From Pyrinomonadaceae bacterium (GTDB lineage Bacteria > Acidobacteriota > Blastocatellia > Pyrinomonadales > Pyrinomonadaceae): a DNA stretch of 64,000 nt. The notes beneath the pieces were generated by a model that saw only the letters and a program-made list of their open reading frames with translations, made no database searches and had not been told where the DNA came from. Of the stretch, positions 29,038 to 39,525 are shown piece by piece. Location of the stretch: assembly GCA_037720205.1 (NCBI GenBank), contig JBBJMG010000015.1:9853-73852 (forward strand). The letters run 5' to 3'. A program made the position numbers and the translations under genes. The stretch's first letter is position 1; every line of letters starts with the position of its first letter.

Positions 29038-29880
29038 TCAAATAATTTCCCAGGCGGTTTGCGTTTTCAGAAGCTTGCTCATGAGTGACGCGTGCACGGA
29101 ATGTCCGCTCTTCTCGGCCGTAATTTTTCCGGCGATAGACATTCCAAGCAGGGCAAAATCGCCGATGATGTCGAGGATCTTGTGACGTACAAACTCGTCA
29201 CTGTATCTCAGGGGTGTTACGTTCAGCATGCCCTCGGGTGTCAGCACGATCGCGTTTTCGAGTGAGCCGCCAAGTGCCAGATTTGCTTTGCGGAGCTTTT
29301 CGATCTCGTGGGTGAAGCCGAATGTCCGCGCCGACGCGATCTGTTCACCAAATGACGCGTTGTTGAGCTTGAAGTTAAATGACTGCCGCTCGACAAGAGG
29401 ATGCCGGAAGTCGATCGTGCACTCTATTTCGTAATCGTCCGCGGGTTCGATGGACATCCTCCGATCACCTTGCGAGACATCCACGCGCTCGGTAATACGT
29501 AGGGTACGTCGAGGCGAAGATTGCTCGATAACGCCGGCTTGCGAAATAAGGCCTATAAATTCTTCGCTCGAGCCGTCCATGATGGGCAGCTCGATGTTGT
29601 CGAGATCGATAAAGCAATTATCCACGCCTGACCCTCGCAAGGCGGCAAGCAGATGTTCACACGTCGAGAGCACAACTCCTCGCCGCATCAGAGTGGTCGC
29701 GTATGCACAGTGTGAGATGTACTCGACCGACGCTGGAATCTCAAAATTCTCGAGGTCCGTCCGCACAAAAATGTAACCCGTATTCTCAGGGGCCGGTCGC
29801 AAGGTTAAGTTGACCTCAGCGCCCGTATGAAGACCTACGCCGCTTGCCGAAATAGATCTTCGAAGTGTTCTCTGGTTCAT
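29038..29880 (-). CDS. lpxC: UDP-3-O-acyl-N-acetylglucosamine deacetylase
   Basis: MNQRTLRRSISASGVGLHTG N-terminus and HEIEKL/HKILD motifs typical of LpxC. Confidence 0.9.
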   Translation of the reverse strand: MNQRTLRRSISASGVGLHTGAEVNLTLRPAPENTGYIFVRTDLENFEIPASVEYISHCAYATTLMRRGVVLSTCEHLLAALRGSGVDNCFIDLDNIELPIMDGSSEEFIGLISQAGVIEQSSPRRTLRITERVDVSQGDRRMSIEPADDYEIECTIDFRHPLVERQSFNFKLNNASFGEQIASARTFGFTHEIEKLRKANLALGGSLENAIVLTPEGMLNVTPLRYSDEFVRHKILDIIGDFALLGMSIAGKITAEKSGHSVHASLMSKLLKTQTAWEII

Positions 29881-30053
29881 ACACACCCGGACTGCATCCC
29901 AACCTATATCAAGCGGCGTGCCACCTTTTCAATAGCCCGTTGCCAGCGTTATTCGGGTTTTTAACGCAGAATTTGATCTTTGTGTTGCGTTTTCGCTACG
30001 CGGGTGTGGCCCGATTTACTATTCGCGCGTGACGATTTACAATTTACCAGCAT

Positions 30054-30641
30054 ATGGCAATTGAGACGGCCGGTCAGAAGTCGGTGAAAATAACCAGGGT
30101 AAAGATCGAAAATAGTTCATCGATTGCCCTGCCTAAGGATACCGAAGCAAATATTCGCGGGATTCTCGACTATTTGCCATCGGAACAGGTGCGCGGGGTC
30201 GAGCGGATAAAGTTGGTAGATTTTATCAACGATCCTAGACTCAAGAGCATGGACATTCCGGTCACGGGTGACCTGCCCGGCCTGTACCACCCGCGGTTGC
30301 AAAGCCAGGCGCCGTGGTTTGAAATGTCGATGGGCGCCTTGCTGCAGCCGACCGAGGGTTTCATGAAGAAATTCATGGCAAAGAGTGCCTTCAAGGGTAA
30401 TCTCGCAGGCCTATTGTTCTCTCTTGTGGGCCAGCACTACTATCTGACCCAAAAGCACTCGGTCAAACGAACAAGCCTGGAGCCCCAAATACGCCAGTAC
30501 GCGGAGAAGAACTTGAGATTGTGGAGTGCAAAGCAGTCAGAGGGGAGCATGCGGGCAAAGATATTTAAGCCGTTTCGCCCGGCGCTTGAACGATGGGCCA
30601 AGTGGCTAAACAAGAAGGCCGCGGCAGCACAGAAGGGCTAG
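30054..30641 (+). CDS. Hypothetical protein
   Basis: Only an open frame with plausible composition. No family recognised. Confidence 0.4.
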   Translation: MAIETAGQKSVKITRVKIENSSSIALPKDTEANIRGILDYLPSEQVRGVERIKLVDFINDPRLKSMDIPVTGDLPGLYHPRLQSQAPWFEMSMGALLQPTEGFMKKFMAKSAFKGNLAGLLFSLVGQHYYLTQKHSVKRTSLEPQIRQYAEKNLRLWSAKQSEGSMRAKIFKPFRPALERWAKWLNKKAAAAQKG

Positions 30642-30685
30642 CTCAACGTCGCACGCCGATCGCGGTCATCAACGGATAATCATTT

Positions 30686-31084
30686 ATGAACTACTGGATG
30701 GTCAAACAAGAGCCGACCGACTATTCATGGGACGACCTCGTGAAGGACGGAAAAACCGACTGGACCGGCGTTCGAAATTTCAAGGCCCGGAGTTTCCTCA
30801 AAGGGATGAAGGTCGGCGACAAAGTATATTTTTACCACTCGGTCGTTGGGAAGGAGGTCGTCGGACTAGCCGAGGTTTCGAAGTCTGCGTTTCCTGATCC
30901 GACGGACGAGGCCTGGCATGCGGTCGAGATCACACCTGTCAAGCCCTTAAAAAAGCCCGTGACGCTCGCCGAAATTAAGGCAAATAAGGCCTTGGCAAAT
31001 ATCTATCTTGTCCGCCAGCCGCGCTTCTCTGTAATGCCGCTGAATAAAGACGAGTTTGACGAGATAATGAGCATGTCAAAATAG
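30686..31084 (+). CDS. EVE (PUA-like) domain protein
   Basis: MNYWMVKQEP...WTGVRNFKARSFLKGMKVGDKVYFYHS matches the EVE-domain N-terminal pattern. 132 aa. Confidence 0.75.
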   Translation: MNYWMVKQEPTDYSWDDLVKDGKTDWTGVRNFKARSFLKGMKVGDKVYFYHSVVGKEVVGLAEVSKSAFPDPTDEAWHAVEITPVKPLKKPVTLAEIKANKALANIYLVRQPRFSVMPLNKDEFDEIMSMSK

Positions 31085-31183
31085 TGGCGATCCTCATGAG
31101 AGCGGCGCGATCAAAACTCGAAAGAATTCGCCGAACTGCGAGATGCCTTTGACCGAATGTGGGCAGCAACTTATAACTAGTAC

Positions 31184-32542
31184 ATGCTCAAAGACGCCGT
31201 CGCACTCTACCACGATCTTCTCAACGACAGCGAACTCGCGTCATCGTCGCAGCAGATGCTTGACGCAGAGCTGGAAAGCTCGAAGCTGATCTTCGGGAGC
31301 CGACGGTTATCGCCATACCTGCGGCCGCACTTTGTCACCGACGTCGATTGGTCTCGAATTACGGAAACCTGCGCTACTGTGTTCGGAGCACTTCAGAAGG
31401 TGAAGGACGCTGCCGTCGAAGATGACAACAACCTGCTGGACGAACTCGGCGTCACCGATATCGAGCGCGATCTGATCAAGATCGACCCGGGTTACACCCA
31501 CGTTTCTCCTACCTCGCGGCTCGATTCGTTTCTCACGGACGACAGCTATTCGTATGTCGAGTTGAATGGCGAGAGTCCAGCAGGTGTCGCCTTCGCTGAC
31601 TCTGCCACCGAGATTTTTGGCGAGCTTCCTGTGATGAAGAAATTTGCTGAGAGTTACACGCTCGGCCGGCTTGAGGGCCGTTCAAAAATGCTTGGCGTCC
31701 TTCTCGACTGTTACGAAGAGTTCCTGGGCCGGCGGCCGGAGCGGAATCCGACAATTGCGATCGTCGATCTACCCAACCTGCCGACGATCAAGGAGTTTGA
31801 GCTGTTCAAAGAATATTTCGAGGCGAATGGCCATCAGGCAATTATCTGTTCGCCCGACGCCCTCGAGTTTGACGGCAACTTTCTTAAACACGAAGGCACC
31901 GTAATCGATATCGTTTACAAACGCCTGCTCGTAAACGAGTATTTGCCCATCATGAAGGCACAGCCCGCTTTGCTCGACGCCTACCGCGCCGGTGCGGTCT
32001 GCATGGTCAACAGTTTTCGCGGAAAACTGGTCCACAAAAAGGCGATCTTTGCCGTGCTGACGAATGAAAAGTACGCTCATCTTTTTGATGAATCCGAGCT
32101 GAGAGCGATCAAGAACCACATTCCATGGACCCGAGTTTTTCGCGATGAGAAAACCGAAAACGCTGGGAACCACGTCGATTTGGTGGAGTGGACCCGTGCA
32201 AATCCCGGCAGACTCGTATTGAAACCAAACGATGATTACGGCGGTCATGGAATTTATATCGGATGGAACTCGACCACCTCAGAATGGGATGACGCCATTT
32301 CTGCGGCTCTCGCGGACGGTGACTACCTAATCCAAGAGCGAGTGAAAACCGCGCGCGAAGTTTTTCCGATGATTACCGATGATGAGGGAAACTGGGAAAT
32401 GGTAGAGCAGTTAGTCGACCTTGATCCTCTGCTATTCATGGGCAAGGTGGGTTCGGCGTTTACGCGGCTATCTTCGACCGAACTCGCGAACGTTTCCTCA
32501 GGCGGCGGCATGGTTCCCACGTTTATCATCAGCCAGAAGTAG
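31184..32542 (+). CDS. Circularly permuted ATP-grasp / glutathionylspermidine-synthase-like protein
   Basis: Recalled resemblance to the CP ATP-grasp type 2 family (NSFRGKLVHKKAIFAVL..., LVLKPNDDYGGHGIYIGW). Not verifiable here. Confidence 0.55.
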   Translation: MLKDAVALYHDLLNDSELASSSQQMLDAELESSKLIFGSRRLSPYLRPHFVTDVDWSRITETCATVFGALQKVKDAAVEDDNNLLDELGVTDIERDLIKIDPGYTHVSPTSRLDSFLTDDSYSYVELNGESPAGVAFADSATEIFGELPVMKKFAESYTLGRLEGRSKMLGVLLDCYEEFLGRRPERNPTIAIVDLPNLPTIKEFELFKEYFEANGHQAIICSPDALEFDGNFLKHEGTVIDIVYKRLLVNEYLPIMKAQPALLDAYRAGAVCMVNSFRGKLVHKKAIFAVLTNEKYAHLFDESELRAIKNHIPWTRVFRDEKTENAGNHVDLVEWTRANPGRLVLKPNDDYGGHGIYIGWNSTTSEWDDAISAALADGDYLIQERVKTAREVFPMITDDEGNWEMVEQLVDLDPLLFMGKVGSAFTRLSSTELANVSSGGGMVPTFIISQK

Positions 32543-32554
32543 ATTTGCCCCAAA

Positions 32555-34231
32555 ATGAAAATCACCGCGAAGAGTCGGCTTCAGAAGCTGACAGACGATT
32601 ACAACGAGCTGGCCGCGAAGCTTCGTCTAGGAGGCGGTTCGGCAAAAGCAGAGAAAATTCATGCCCAAGGTAAACTGACGGCCCGCGAGCGTATTTCCTT
32701 GCTTCTCGACCCGGACGCTTATTCACAGGAAATAGGGCTGCTCGTGGCCTATGACCGATATGAGAGCCTAGCCCCAGCGGCCGCCGTGGTTACGATGATC
32801 GGGAAGATACAGGGGCGTGAATGCGTTATTGTCGCAAACGACGCCACTATCAAGGCCGGTGCGTGGTACCCCGAGACGATCAAAAAGATCCTGCGTGCGC
32901 AAGAGATTGCGATGCGCAATCGCGTGCCGATCATCTATCTCGTTGACAGTGCGGGAGTTAACTTGCCGTATCAAGGCGGCGTTTTCCCAGGCCAGTACGG
33001 AGCCGCCCGCATCTTCTACTACAACTCGATAATGCGTCGCTATCTGAAGGTCCCGCAGATCGCCGCCGTCATGGGAATGTGCGTTGCCGGCGGGGCCTAT
33101 CTGCCTGCGCTCTCCGATGTAATTTTAATGGTCGAGGGAACTTCGTTCATGGGCCTCGGCGGTGCGAATCTAGTAAAAGGCGCCACCGGCCAAACCATCG
33201 ACAACGAAACCCTCGGTGGCGCGATGACTCACAATACCATATCGGGCGTCGCCCATTTTCGGACAAAAGACGAGCAGGAATGCCTTGCAAAAATACGCGA
33301 TCTGGTCTCTGAACTCCCGGAAAAGGAGAGGACGCGAGTGTCGATAACCGTGTCCAGAAGTCCACGGGCGAGCGAGGGCGTAACATCCAACCCGAAAACC
33401 GAAGATGTCGGTTTGAGACCCAACTCTATAACTCCCCACTCAGAACTCTACAAACTGCTGCCCGACGATCACCGTGCGCCGTACGATATGCGTGCCGTGC
33501 TCGACACATTTCTGGATGAGGGCGGCATCGACGAATTTCAGGCCGATTTTGCAAAAGAGATGATCTGCGGAACGGCTAGGATCAATGGAATCCTGGTCGG
33601 GATAATCGCTAATTCTCGCGGGATGTCGAAAGGGAAACCGGGTACGCCGCCGCGGTTTGGCGGTATCGTTTACACAGAATCGGCGGAGAAAACGGCCTAT
33701 TTTATCGAGAACTGTGACCGCCACTCGACGCCGCTCCTGTTTGTCCAGGATGTCTCGGGCTTCATGGTCGGGGCCGAGGCTGAGCACAGCGGTATCATCC
33801 GGGCCGGGGCCCGATTTGTCGAGGCGATGGCGACCGCGAGCGTGCCTAAAATCGTCCTCACAATTAATCACGCGAGCGGTGCGGGCTATTACGCTATGGC
33901 CGGGCAGGGTTTTGATCCCGACTTCATCTTCTCGCTTCCGACCGGTCGGATGGGCGTGATGGAGGGCGATTCGGCCGCCGCCGCGATCTACGGCACCCAG
34001 ATCGAGAAATTAAAAAAAGAGGGCAAAGAGCCTCCGCCGGAGATGCTCGCGGAGATGCAAAACGTCCGCGAAACCTACGACAAAGAGCTGGATGCCAAAC
34101 ACGCAGCCGCCAGAGGCCTGGTCGATGCGATAGTTACTCCAGAAACGTTACGCGACTCTCTTATTCTCGCGCTTGAGACGTGCCTGAATACATCTACGCC
34201 TCATATAGGGCCCTTCGTTCTGCCACGTTGA
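32555..34231 (+). CDS. Acyl-CoA carboxylase carboxyltransferase (beta) subunit, methylcrotonyl-/propionyl-CoA type
   Basis: Carboxyl-transferase N and C domains (IVANDATIKAGAW, GMCVAGGAYLPA, NHASGAGYYAMAG). About 40-aa low-complexity insertion between the halves. Confidence 0.88.
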   Translation: MKITAKSRLQKLTDDYNELAAKLRLGGGSAKAEKIHAQGKLTARERISLLLDPDAYSQEIGLLVAYDRYESLAPAAAVVTMIGKIQGRECVIVANDATIKAGAWYPETIKKILRAQEIAMRNRVPIIYLVDSAGVNLPYQGGVFPGQYGAARIFYYNSIMRRYLKVPQIAAVMGMCVAGGAYLPALSDVILMVEGTSFMGLGGANLVKGATGQTIDNETLGGAMTHNTISGVAHFRTKDEQECLAKIRDLVSELPEKERTRVSITVSRSPRASEGVTSNPKTEDVGLRPNSITPHSELYKLLPDDHRAPYDMRAVLDTFLDEGGIDEFQADFAKEMICGTARINGILVGIIANSRGMSKGKPGTPPRFGGIVYTESAEKTAYFIENCDRHSTPLLFVQDVSGFMVGAEAEHSGIIRAGARFVEAMATASVPKIVLTINHASGAGYYAMAGQGFDPDFIFSLPTGRMGVMEGDSAAAAIYGTQIEKLKKEGKEPPPEMLAEMQNVRETYDKELDAKHAAARGLVDAIVTPETLRDSLILALETCLNTSTPHIGPFVLPR

Positions 34232-34327
34232 GGGCGAAGACCGGGAACGCATATACTCTTATCTGCACGGGTAAATGGATTTTGACCAGCCCTTAACCTC
34301 AGCTATTCTGATCGCACAGGAGAAATT

Positions 34328-35215
34328 ATGGAACGCAAAACCGCCGAAGAATATCCGCAGGAGCTATTGGACCTATTTCACGAATACCAGCACGGAGATA
34401 TGGACCGGCGGTCATTTCTGAACAGCATTGGTAGGTTTACAGTCGGCGGCCTGACGGCGGCTGCGATCTTTCAGAGTCTGCAGCCGAATTACGCATGGGC
34501 GCAGACGGTGATGGCGGACGACAAAGACCTGAAGGTTGGATACGAGACCGTATCATCGCCAGCCGGCAACGGTTCGATTAAGGGTTATCTTGCTCGCCCC
34601 GTCAGGGGCAAGAAACTGCCCGTTGTGCTCGTCATTCATGAGAATCGCGGACTCAACCCATATATCGAGGATGTAGCACGCCGCCTCGCTAAATCAGGCT
34701 ACATGGCGTTTGCTCCTGACGGATTGACCTCGGTCGGCGGCTACCCCGGCGATGACCAAAAAGGTGCAGCGGCATTTCGCACCGTTGACGGCAAAAAGAT
34801 GACCGAGGATTTTGTCGCCGCGGCGATGTGGCTAAAAAAACGCCCCGACAGCAAGGCCAAACTCGGAGCGGTCGGCTTCTGCTTTGGCGGCGGAATGGTC
34901 AATCAGCTCGCCGTCCGTCTCGGCAAAGACCTCAACGCCGGCGTAGCCTTCTACGGCCGCCAAGCCGGCATCGCCGACGTGCCAAAGATCCAGGCGCCGC
35001 TGGTGTTCCACTACGCTGGCAATGACGCCGGCGTCAACGCCGGAATCGCCGCCTACGAGGCTTCCCTTAAAGAAAACAAGAAGAAATTCGAAACTTACAC
35101 CTACGAAGGCAAACAACACGGTTTCCACAACGACTCCACCCCACGCTATGACGCCGAAGCCGCCAAACTTGCGTGGCAGCGGACGCTGGATTTTTTTAAG
35201 AAGAATCTCAAGTGA
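34328..35215 (+). CDS. Dienelactone hydrolase family protein with Tat-like signal
   Basis: RRSFLN twin-arginine-like motif, then VGFCFGGG nucleophile-Cys motif and the conserved HGF near the C-terminus. Confidence 0.85.
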   Translation: MERKTAEEYPQELLDLFHEYQHGDMDRRSFLNSIGRFTVGGLTAAAIFQSLQPNYAWAQTVMADDKDLKVGYETVSSPAGNGSIKGYLARPVRGKKLPVVLVIHENRGLNPYIEDVARRLAKSGYMAFAPDGLTSVGGYPGDDQKGAAAFRTVDGKKMTEDFVAAAMWLKKRPDSKAKLGAVGFCFGGGMVNQLAVRLGKDLNAGVAFYGRQAGIADVPKIQAPLVFHYAGNDAGVNAGIAAYEASLKENKKKFETYTYEGKQHGFHNDSTPRYDAEAAKLAWQRTLDFFKKNLK

Positions 35216-35385
35216 TGGGCCTTTTTGTAAGATATCACGAAGAATAAATTGAAATTTCGCAATGTCGGACTACACCGCGAGTTCCGCCATCTTAAGTATA
35301 CCTTTCGATAAAAGATCGAAAACCGCCCGTCCAAAACCTTACTCGGGTTTATGAGATTCTCTGGCTCTCACGCGGAGCCGGTAAC

Positions 35386-36720
35386 CTATGATTGCCGATT
35401 CTGCAGAATCTTCTTAAACGACCCGGAGCGCAGCTCTTCCAGCGAAAGACTGGTCAGCTGCAGTGCTTCCTGCTCTGTCAAAGCTCCGCAATTGATGGCG
35501 CGCAGGAAATAATTGAGCAAACCCTGCCCGGTCGCCGCATCGTCGAAAACATCGCCGACGAGCGTTGCCTGCGCGGCCTTTGCAACAAAGTTGCTCAACC
35601 GCTCGGAAGCCGTGTCTAAACTCTCGAGAAAAAATGTGTAAACCGCCGCATAGCGGGTGGGCAGTTGGGCCGGATGCAGATCCCAGCCTTGATAGAAGGC
35701 ATTGGTCAGCGAATGCCGAATATGTTCGTAATGCAATTTCCAGGCACGATGAACAACGGTTCGGTTCTCAGTTTCTTGTTCTGCGGTGAGTTCTCCGCGA
35801 TGCGGAGCAACCGGCATAATGTTGGTGGCACCGTCCGACAGCCAAATGCCCGTACCGCCAAAGGATACCTGCATCATATGGCGGGCAAAATCGCACGCCG
35901 GGTGCAGCATATCCTGATAGGCGGCGGTGATACTGCAGCTCGCCGTGTAATCGTAAGTGCCGAAATGCGCCGCCAGACAACGCCCACGGGCGGCATCGAG
36001 CAATAGCGGAAGATTCGCTTCGCCGCGGTCGTTGATGAGCGACTGCGTGGTTTCGATCATCATCTCCATTTTGAGCGAATTTGCCGACAAATTCAGTTGC
36101 GGTTCAAGCAGATCAAAAATGTCAGCCAGCGTTGAAACCTGGGCGGGCGAAACGATCTTCGGCAGCGTCACGACAAAATTTTTCGGAATGCGTCCCTTCG
36201 TAGCCTCGACGAGTGTTGAAAGAAACAGATCAAGCGTGCGAATGCTGCGGGCGTGCAATTCTTCGGAAAGGGTTTTGATGCGGATACCAATAAACGGCGG
36301 CAAGGTGCCGACTTCAAGGCCTTTGGCAACTTCCTCGGCGGCGATAGCTGCGTGCCCGTCTTCTTCTTCGTCGGGACGCGTGCCGTAGCCGTCTTCAAAA
36401 TCAATACGGAAATCTTCGATTGCTTCCCGATTAAGTTTTTCCAAAACCCTTTCGTAAATTGTATCGGCCAGTGCGGGCGGCAGTTCGAGAGCTTCGGCAA
36501 AAGTCTTCGCGTCCGGCGCGTAAGTTTCTAAAGAACGCAGAGCCAGCGAGCCGAGCCGCATAGCAGTGTCCGATTTGAACAAATGGGCACCGCCATAAAC
36601 AGTATGCACCGGCTGCCGGCGGCCCGATTCGCCCGGATAACGCGCGGCAAAAGCGTCGTGCGCCGGTTTCAGCGATTGCGTGATCTTCTGCATTGATGCT
36701 TCGGAAAGTGTTGTTCTCAT
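35386..36720 (-). CDS. Uncharacterised CitE/HpcH (citrate-lyase beta / malyl-CoA lyase)-like TIM-barrel protein
   Basis: RIDFEDGYG and EMMIETTQS resemble the DLEDAV and IE(T/S) motifs of CitE/HpcH enzymes. ATG at 36720 has an AGGAAG RBS. Last gene of the uricolytic operon. Confidence 0.5.
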   Translation of the reverse strand: MRTTLSEASMQKITQSLKPAHDAFAARYPGESGRRQPVHTVYGGAHLFKSDTAMRLGSLALRSLETYAPDAKTFAEALELPPALADTIYERVLEKLNREAIEDFRIDFEDGYGTRPDEEEDGHAAIAAEEVAKGLEVGTLPPFIGIRIKTLSEELHARSIRTLDLFLSTLVEATKGRIPKNFVVTLPKIVSPAQVSTLADIFDLLEPQLNLSANSLKMEMMIETTQSLINDRGEANLPLLLDAARGRCLAAHFGTYDYTASCSITAAYQDMLHPACDFARHMMQVSFGGTGIWLSDGATNIMPVAPHRGELTAEQETENRTVVHRAWKLHYEHIRHSLTNAFYQGWDLHPAQLPTRYAAVYTFFLESLDTASERLSNFVAKAAQATLVGDVFDDAATGQGLLNYFLRAINCGALTEQEALQLTSLSLEELRSGSFKKILQNRQS

Positions 36721-36802
36721 AGGGTCTTCCTGCAGAAACACGCACGCAGTAAGTGTGTCATTTCGCCCTTACTTCGTGCGGGCTTCCGCACTCCTCGTAT
36801 TT

Positions 36803-37648
36803 TTACCGCCGTAATCGAGCTTCGATCAAGCCGTGCGGCTCGTCCGTCGGCAAGAATATCCGATTGTCGTTCTCCAGGCCGAAGCGCGAAAAGTCTATCG
36901 GCAAATAATGGATATTCGGGAGCGAAAACGATATTTCTACGATCTCGGGAAAGTTTTCCAAAACCGCTTTGCCCATTGCGTAGAGCGTGTGTTGGACCGA
37001 AAGACTGTCGTGTTCGGAGAAGGTTTCGATAATTGTTTTTCGCACGCGGTGCCAAACATTGCCGGCCGCTGCTTCGGGATCTTCATAGAGCCAGTTCGCT
37101 TTGACGGAAGTAGCAAAAATTCTGTCCGTTGTTTCCGGCAAAGTGGTGTATTGGTCTTTGATAAAACCGGCAAAACCCGATCTGGTCGTTTTCAAAACAA
37201 TTAAATCTACAACGCCCGATTCAATCGATGTGCCGTCGTGTGTTGCGTTGACTTTTGTCGTGCGTTGTTCGTTACTGCCTTTGATGAAAGAATGCGGATG
37301 AGGTTCGGAAGGTTTCTCCATTCGCGTCCAGCCGTGTTCGACAATTTCGATAATAACTCTCGTAACTTGCTGGTTATTTGCCAAAAAATGTTTCGCCAAC
37401 CGCGTCGCAAAACTTTCGATCTCTTCGATCTCCTGCGTCTGATGCGCCAGCACATAAACAGTATTTTTCATTGTATCGGTTGGCAAACACTGACTGTTGT
37501 CGCCGACCGTATGAATTTCCGTAAAATCGCCTTCAAGCGCGATACTCACGGTCACTTCCTGGATCTCCTGCTTGTCGCCGTGCCGGGCGACCTTCATTAA
37601 GCGAACACGCTTTTTTCCGTAATTGTCGTGAACTATAGTAATCGACAT
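36803..37648 (-). CDS. Cofactor-independent urate oxidase (uricase)
   Basis: NYGKKRVRLMKV...LEGDF...DNSQCLPTDTMKNTVYVLA is the uricase tunnelling-fold signature. 281 aa. Confidence 0.9.
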   Translation of the reverse strand: MSITIVHDNYGKKRVRLMKVARHGDKQEIQEVTVSIALEGDFTEIHTVGDNSQCLPTDTMKNTVYVLAHQTQEIEEIESFATRLAKHFLANNQQVTRVIIEIVEHGWTRMEKPSEPHPHSFIKGSNEQRTTKVNATHDGTSIESGVVDLIVLKTTRSGFAGFIKDQYTTLPETTDRIFATSVKANWLYEDPEAAAGNVWHRVRKTIIETFSEHDSLSVQHTLYAMGKAVLENFPEIVEISFSLPNIHYLPIDFSRFGLENDNRIFLPTDEPHGLIEARLRR

Positions 37649-37651
37649 AAT

Positions 37652-37993
37652 TTAGCTTCCGCGATAGGTTGAATAACCAAACGGGCTGAGCAACAACGGA
37701 ACATGATAATGCTGCCCTGTGTCGTGCACGGTAAACGCAACCGTGACCTGCGGATAGAATCCTTCGATCTGTTGTTCTGCAAAATAAATTCCCGTGTCAA
37801 ACGTCAGCCGATAATTTCCCGTTTGCAAAATTGCGTCAGGATCAAGCAAATCGCGCAATCGTCCGTCTTCATCCGTGACGCCTTTGCCGATAGTTTCCCA
37901 GTCCGTTTCCGTCTGCCGCTCCAATGTAACGGCAACGCCGCGCGCCGGAGAACCCGATGAAATATCTAAGATATGCGTAGTGATTGCGCTCAT
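37652..37993 (-). CDS. uraH: 5-hydroxyisourate hydrolase (transthyretin-like)
   Basis: THILD N-terminal motif and the diagnostic C-terminal YRGS tetrapeptide. 113 aa. Confidence 0.92.
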   Translation of the reverse strand: MSAITTHILDISSGSPARGVAVTLERQTETDWETIGKGVTDEDGRLRDLLDPDAILQTGNYRLTFDTGIYFAEQQIEGFYPQVTVAFTVHDTGQHYHVPLLLSPFGYSTYRGS

Positions 37994-38511
37994 TCAGATT
38001 CCCGATCTAACAATTTCTTCAACCTGATCTCCGTGATCCTTCTCTGTTCATCTGCCGCGATGAGAATTTCTGCGTCAATGGCATTGTCTAAACGATGACG
38101 GCAAATTTCGAGCATTTCTTCCGCGCTCTTGCCCGTCGCACAAACAATAAATATGAATCCGAACTTATCTTCAAATAAACGGTTAGCTTCAGCTAATGCG
38201 TTGCGAACCGGGTCGGCGGCGGTTTGTGTGCCGGATTGTTCCGCGTGCGACCACTCAGCCGATTGCGCCGTTGCTTGCGGAACGGCTTGGCGAGCCCCGA
38301 TTTTGGGATGAGCGGCAAATGCTTCGAGCCAATCCTCGGTTTCGAGATTATGCCAGATTTCCTCTGCTTGATTTAGTAACCCGGAAATATCATCAAAAGG
38401 TCGCGCCTGAGCCATCTTTTGCGCCCAACGGCGCGAACCACAACAACTTAGAAATACAGATACCGCCTTTACTTGCGAAGCGCGATTTAATTGTTCTAAT
38501 CCTTCGCTCAT
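37990..38511 (-). CDS. uraD: 2-oxo-4-hydroxy-4-carboxy-5-ureidoimidazoline (OHCU) decarboxylase
   Basis: AHPKIG motif, about 170 aa. 4-nt overlaps with both neighbours. Confidence 0.85.
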   Translation of the reverse strand: MSEGLEQLNRASQVKAVSVFLSCCGSRRWAQKMAQARPFDDISGLLNQAEEIWHNLETEDWLEAFAAHPKIGARQAVPQATAQSAEWSHAEQSGTQTAADPVRNALAEANRLFEDKFGFIFIVCATGKSAEEMLEICRHRLDNAIDAEILIAADEQRRITEIRLKKLLDRESE

Positions 38512-39512
38512 TCCGCAATTTTCCCGTAAAGCCGCAGACGGCTCACACCGCCATCAGGAAAAATATTGAATCGAACATGTGTAACTATGCCGCTGTCACC
38601 GATCTCATCGGCAAAACTATGCAAAGTATGAGCTTGAAGTTTCATGTTCGGCAGTAGTTCCTGCCAGGCAATGTTGTCTAGATTCGCATCATCGGCTGCG
38701 CTGCAAACCTCGATCCAACAACTCTCCGGATAATTTCCCTTGAACCATAAAGTATCGACTTCGACGCGCTTGATCGTACCCGGCGCTCCCAGTTTGATGA
38801 CACACCAATCGTAACCAGGGTCGCGCCGCCGTTTGGTTTCCCATCCGTAGCTCATATCCGAGGCGCGTCCGGGCATTATCAGGTTATGGCGATGCCCGAA
38901 AAACATATCGCTCGCCGTCAAAACCGTTCCGCCGTGTTCCGCGGCAGCCAGATCGATCTCACTCCCACGCCGTCGCAGAGACGCCCAATCCGGCAGGACT
39001 TCACCAAAAACTCGCATCCGCGCAACGCCGCCGTCAGGATAAATTTTCAGACGTAAATGCGTTACGCGCGGCGGGGAGTTTATCGTAAACCGATTTGGCG
39101 AATCGCCCTGCAATTCCGATTGCGGCAAAATTTCATTCCATTCCGCGCTCATCAGCTGCTCAAGCCGGGGCTGAGAATCAATCGTGCAAACTTCGATCGA
39201 GCAATGCGAAGGAAAATTGCCGCGAAAAAAACTCGTGTCGACGACAACGCCGCGAATGATGCCCGCCAGGCCCAAACGTATGATGCACCAATCAAAATTC
39301 TCTTCCAGACGCGGCGAACGTCGACGGCGCGTTTCCCAACCGTCCATCCATTTGCCCAGATCAGTGTATTTGCCCTCGATAAAGATCGCCGCCGCGGGTT
39401 TCAGCAAATTCTCTTTCGGCGCGAAAAATTCGTCATTCGCGTATAAAACCGCGCCGCCCAGCTTCTCGGAAGCCAGATCAATTAGTTCGGTAAAATCCAC
39501 CATAAGGTCCAA
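38508..39512 (-). CDS. alc: Allantoicase
   Basis: Two allantoicase repeats (GKWMDGWETRRRR and YGWETKRRR). Confidence 0.88.
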   Translation of the reverse strand: MDLMVDFTELIDLASEKLGGAVLYANDEFFAPKENLLKPAAAIFIEGKYTDLGKWMDGWETRRRRSPRLEENFDWCIIRLGLAGIIRGVVVDTSFFRGNFPSHCSIEVCTIDSQPRLEQLMSAEWNEILPQSELQGDSPNRFTINSPPRVTHLRLKIYPDGGVARMRVFGEVLPDWASLRRRGSEIDLAAAEHGGTVLTASDMFFGHRHNLIMPGRASDMSYGWETKRRRDPGYDWCVIKLGAPGTIKRVEVDTLWFKGNYPESCWIEVCSAADDANLDNIAWQELLPNMKLQAHTLHSFADEIGDSGIVTHVRFNIFPDGGVSRLRLYGKIAE

Positions 39513-39525
39513 GTTTTGACTATCA

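Noticed and set aside
30054-32542. The hypothetical protein, EVE-domain protein and ATP-grasp protein as a possible defence or modification module.
   Set aside because: The genes are separated by ordinary intergenic gaps. I see no nuclease, methylase or other partner typical of EVE-associated defence systems, and stand-alone EVE proteins are widespread housekeeping-like genes.
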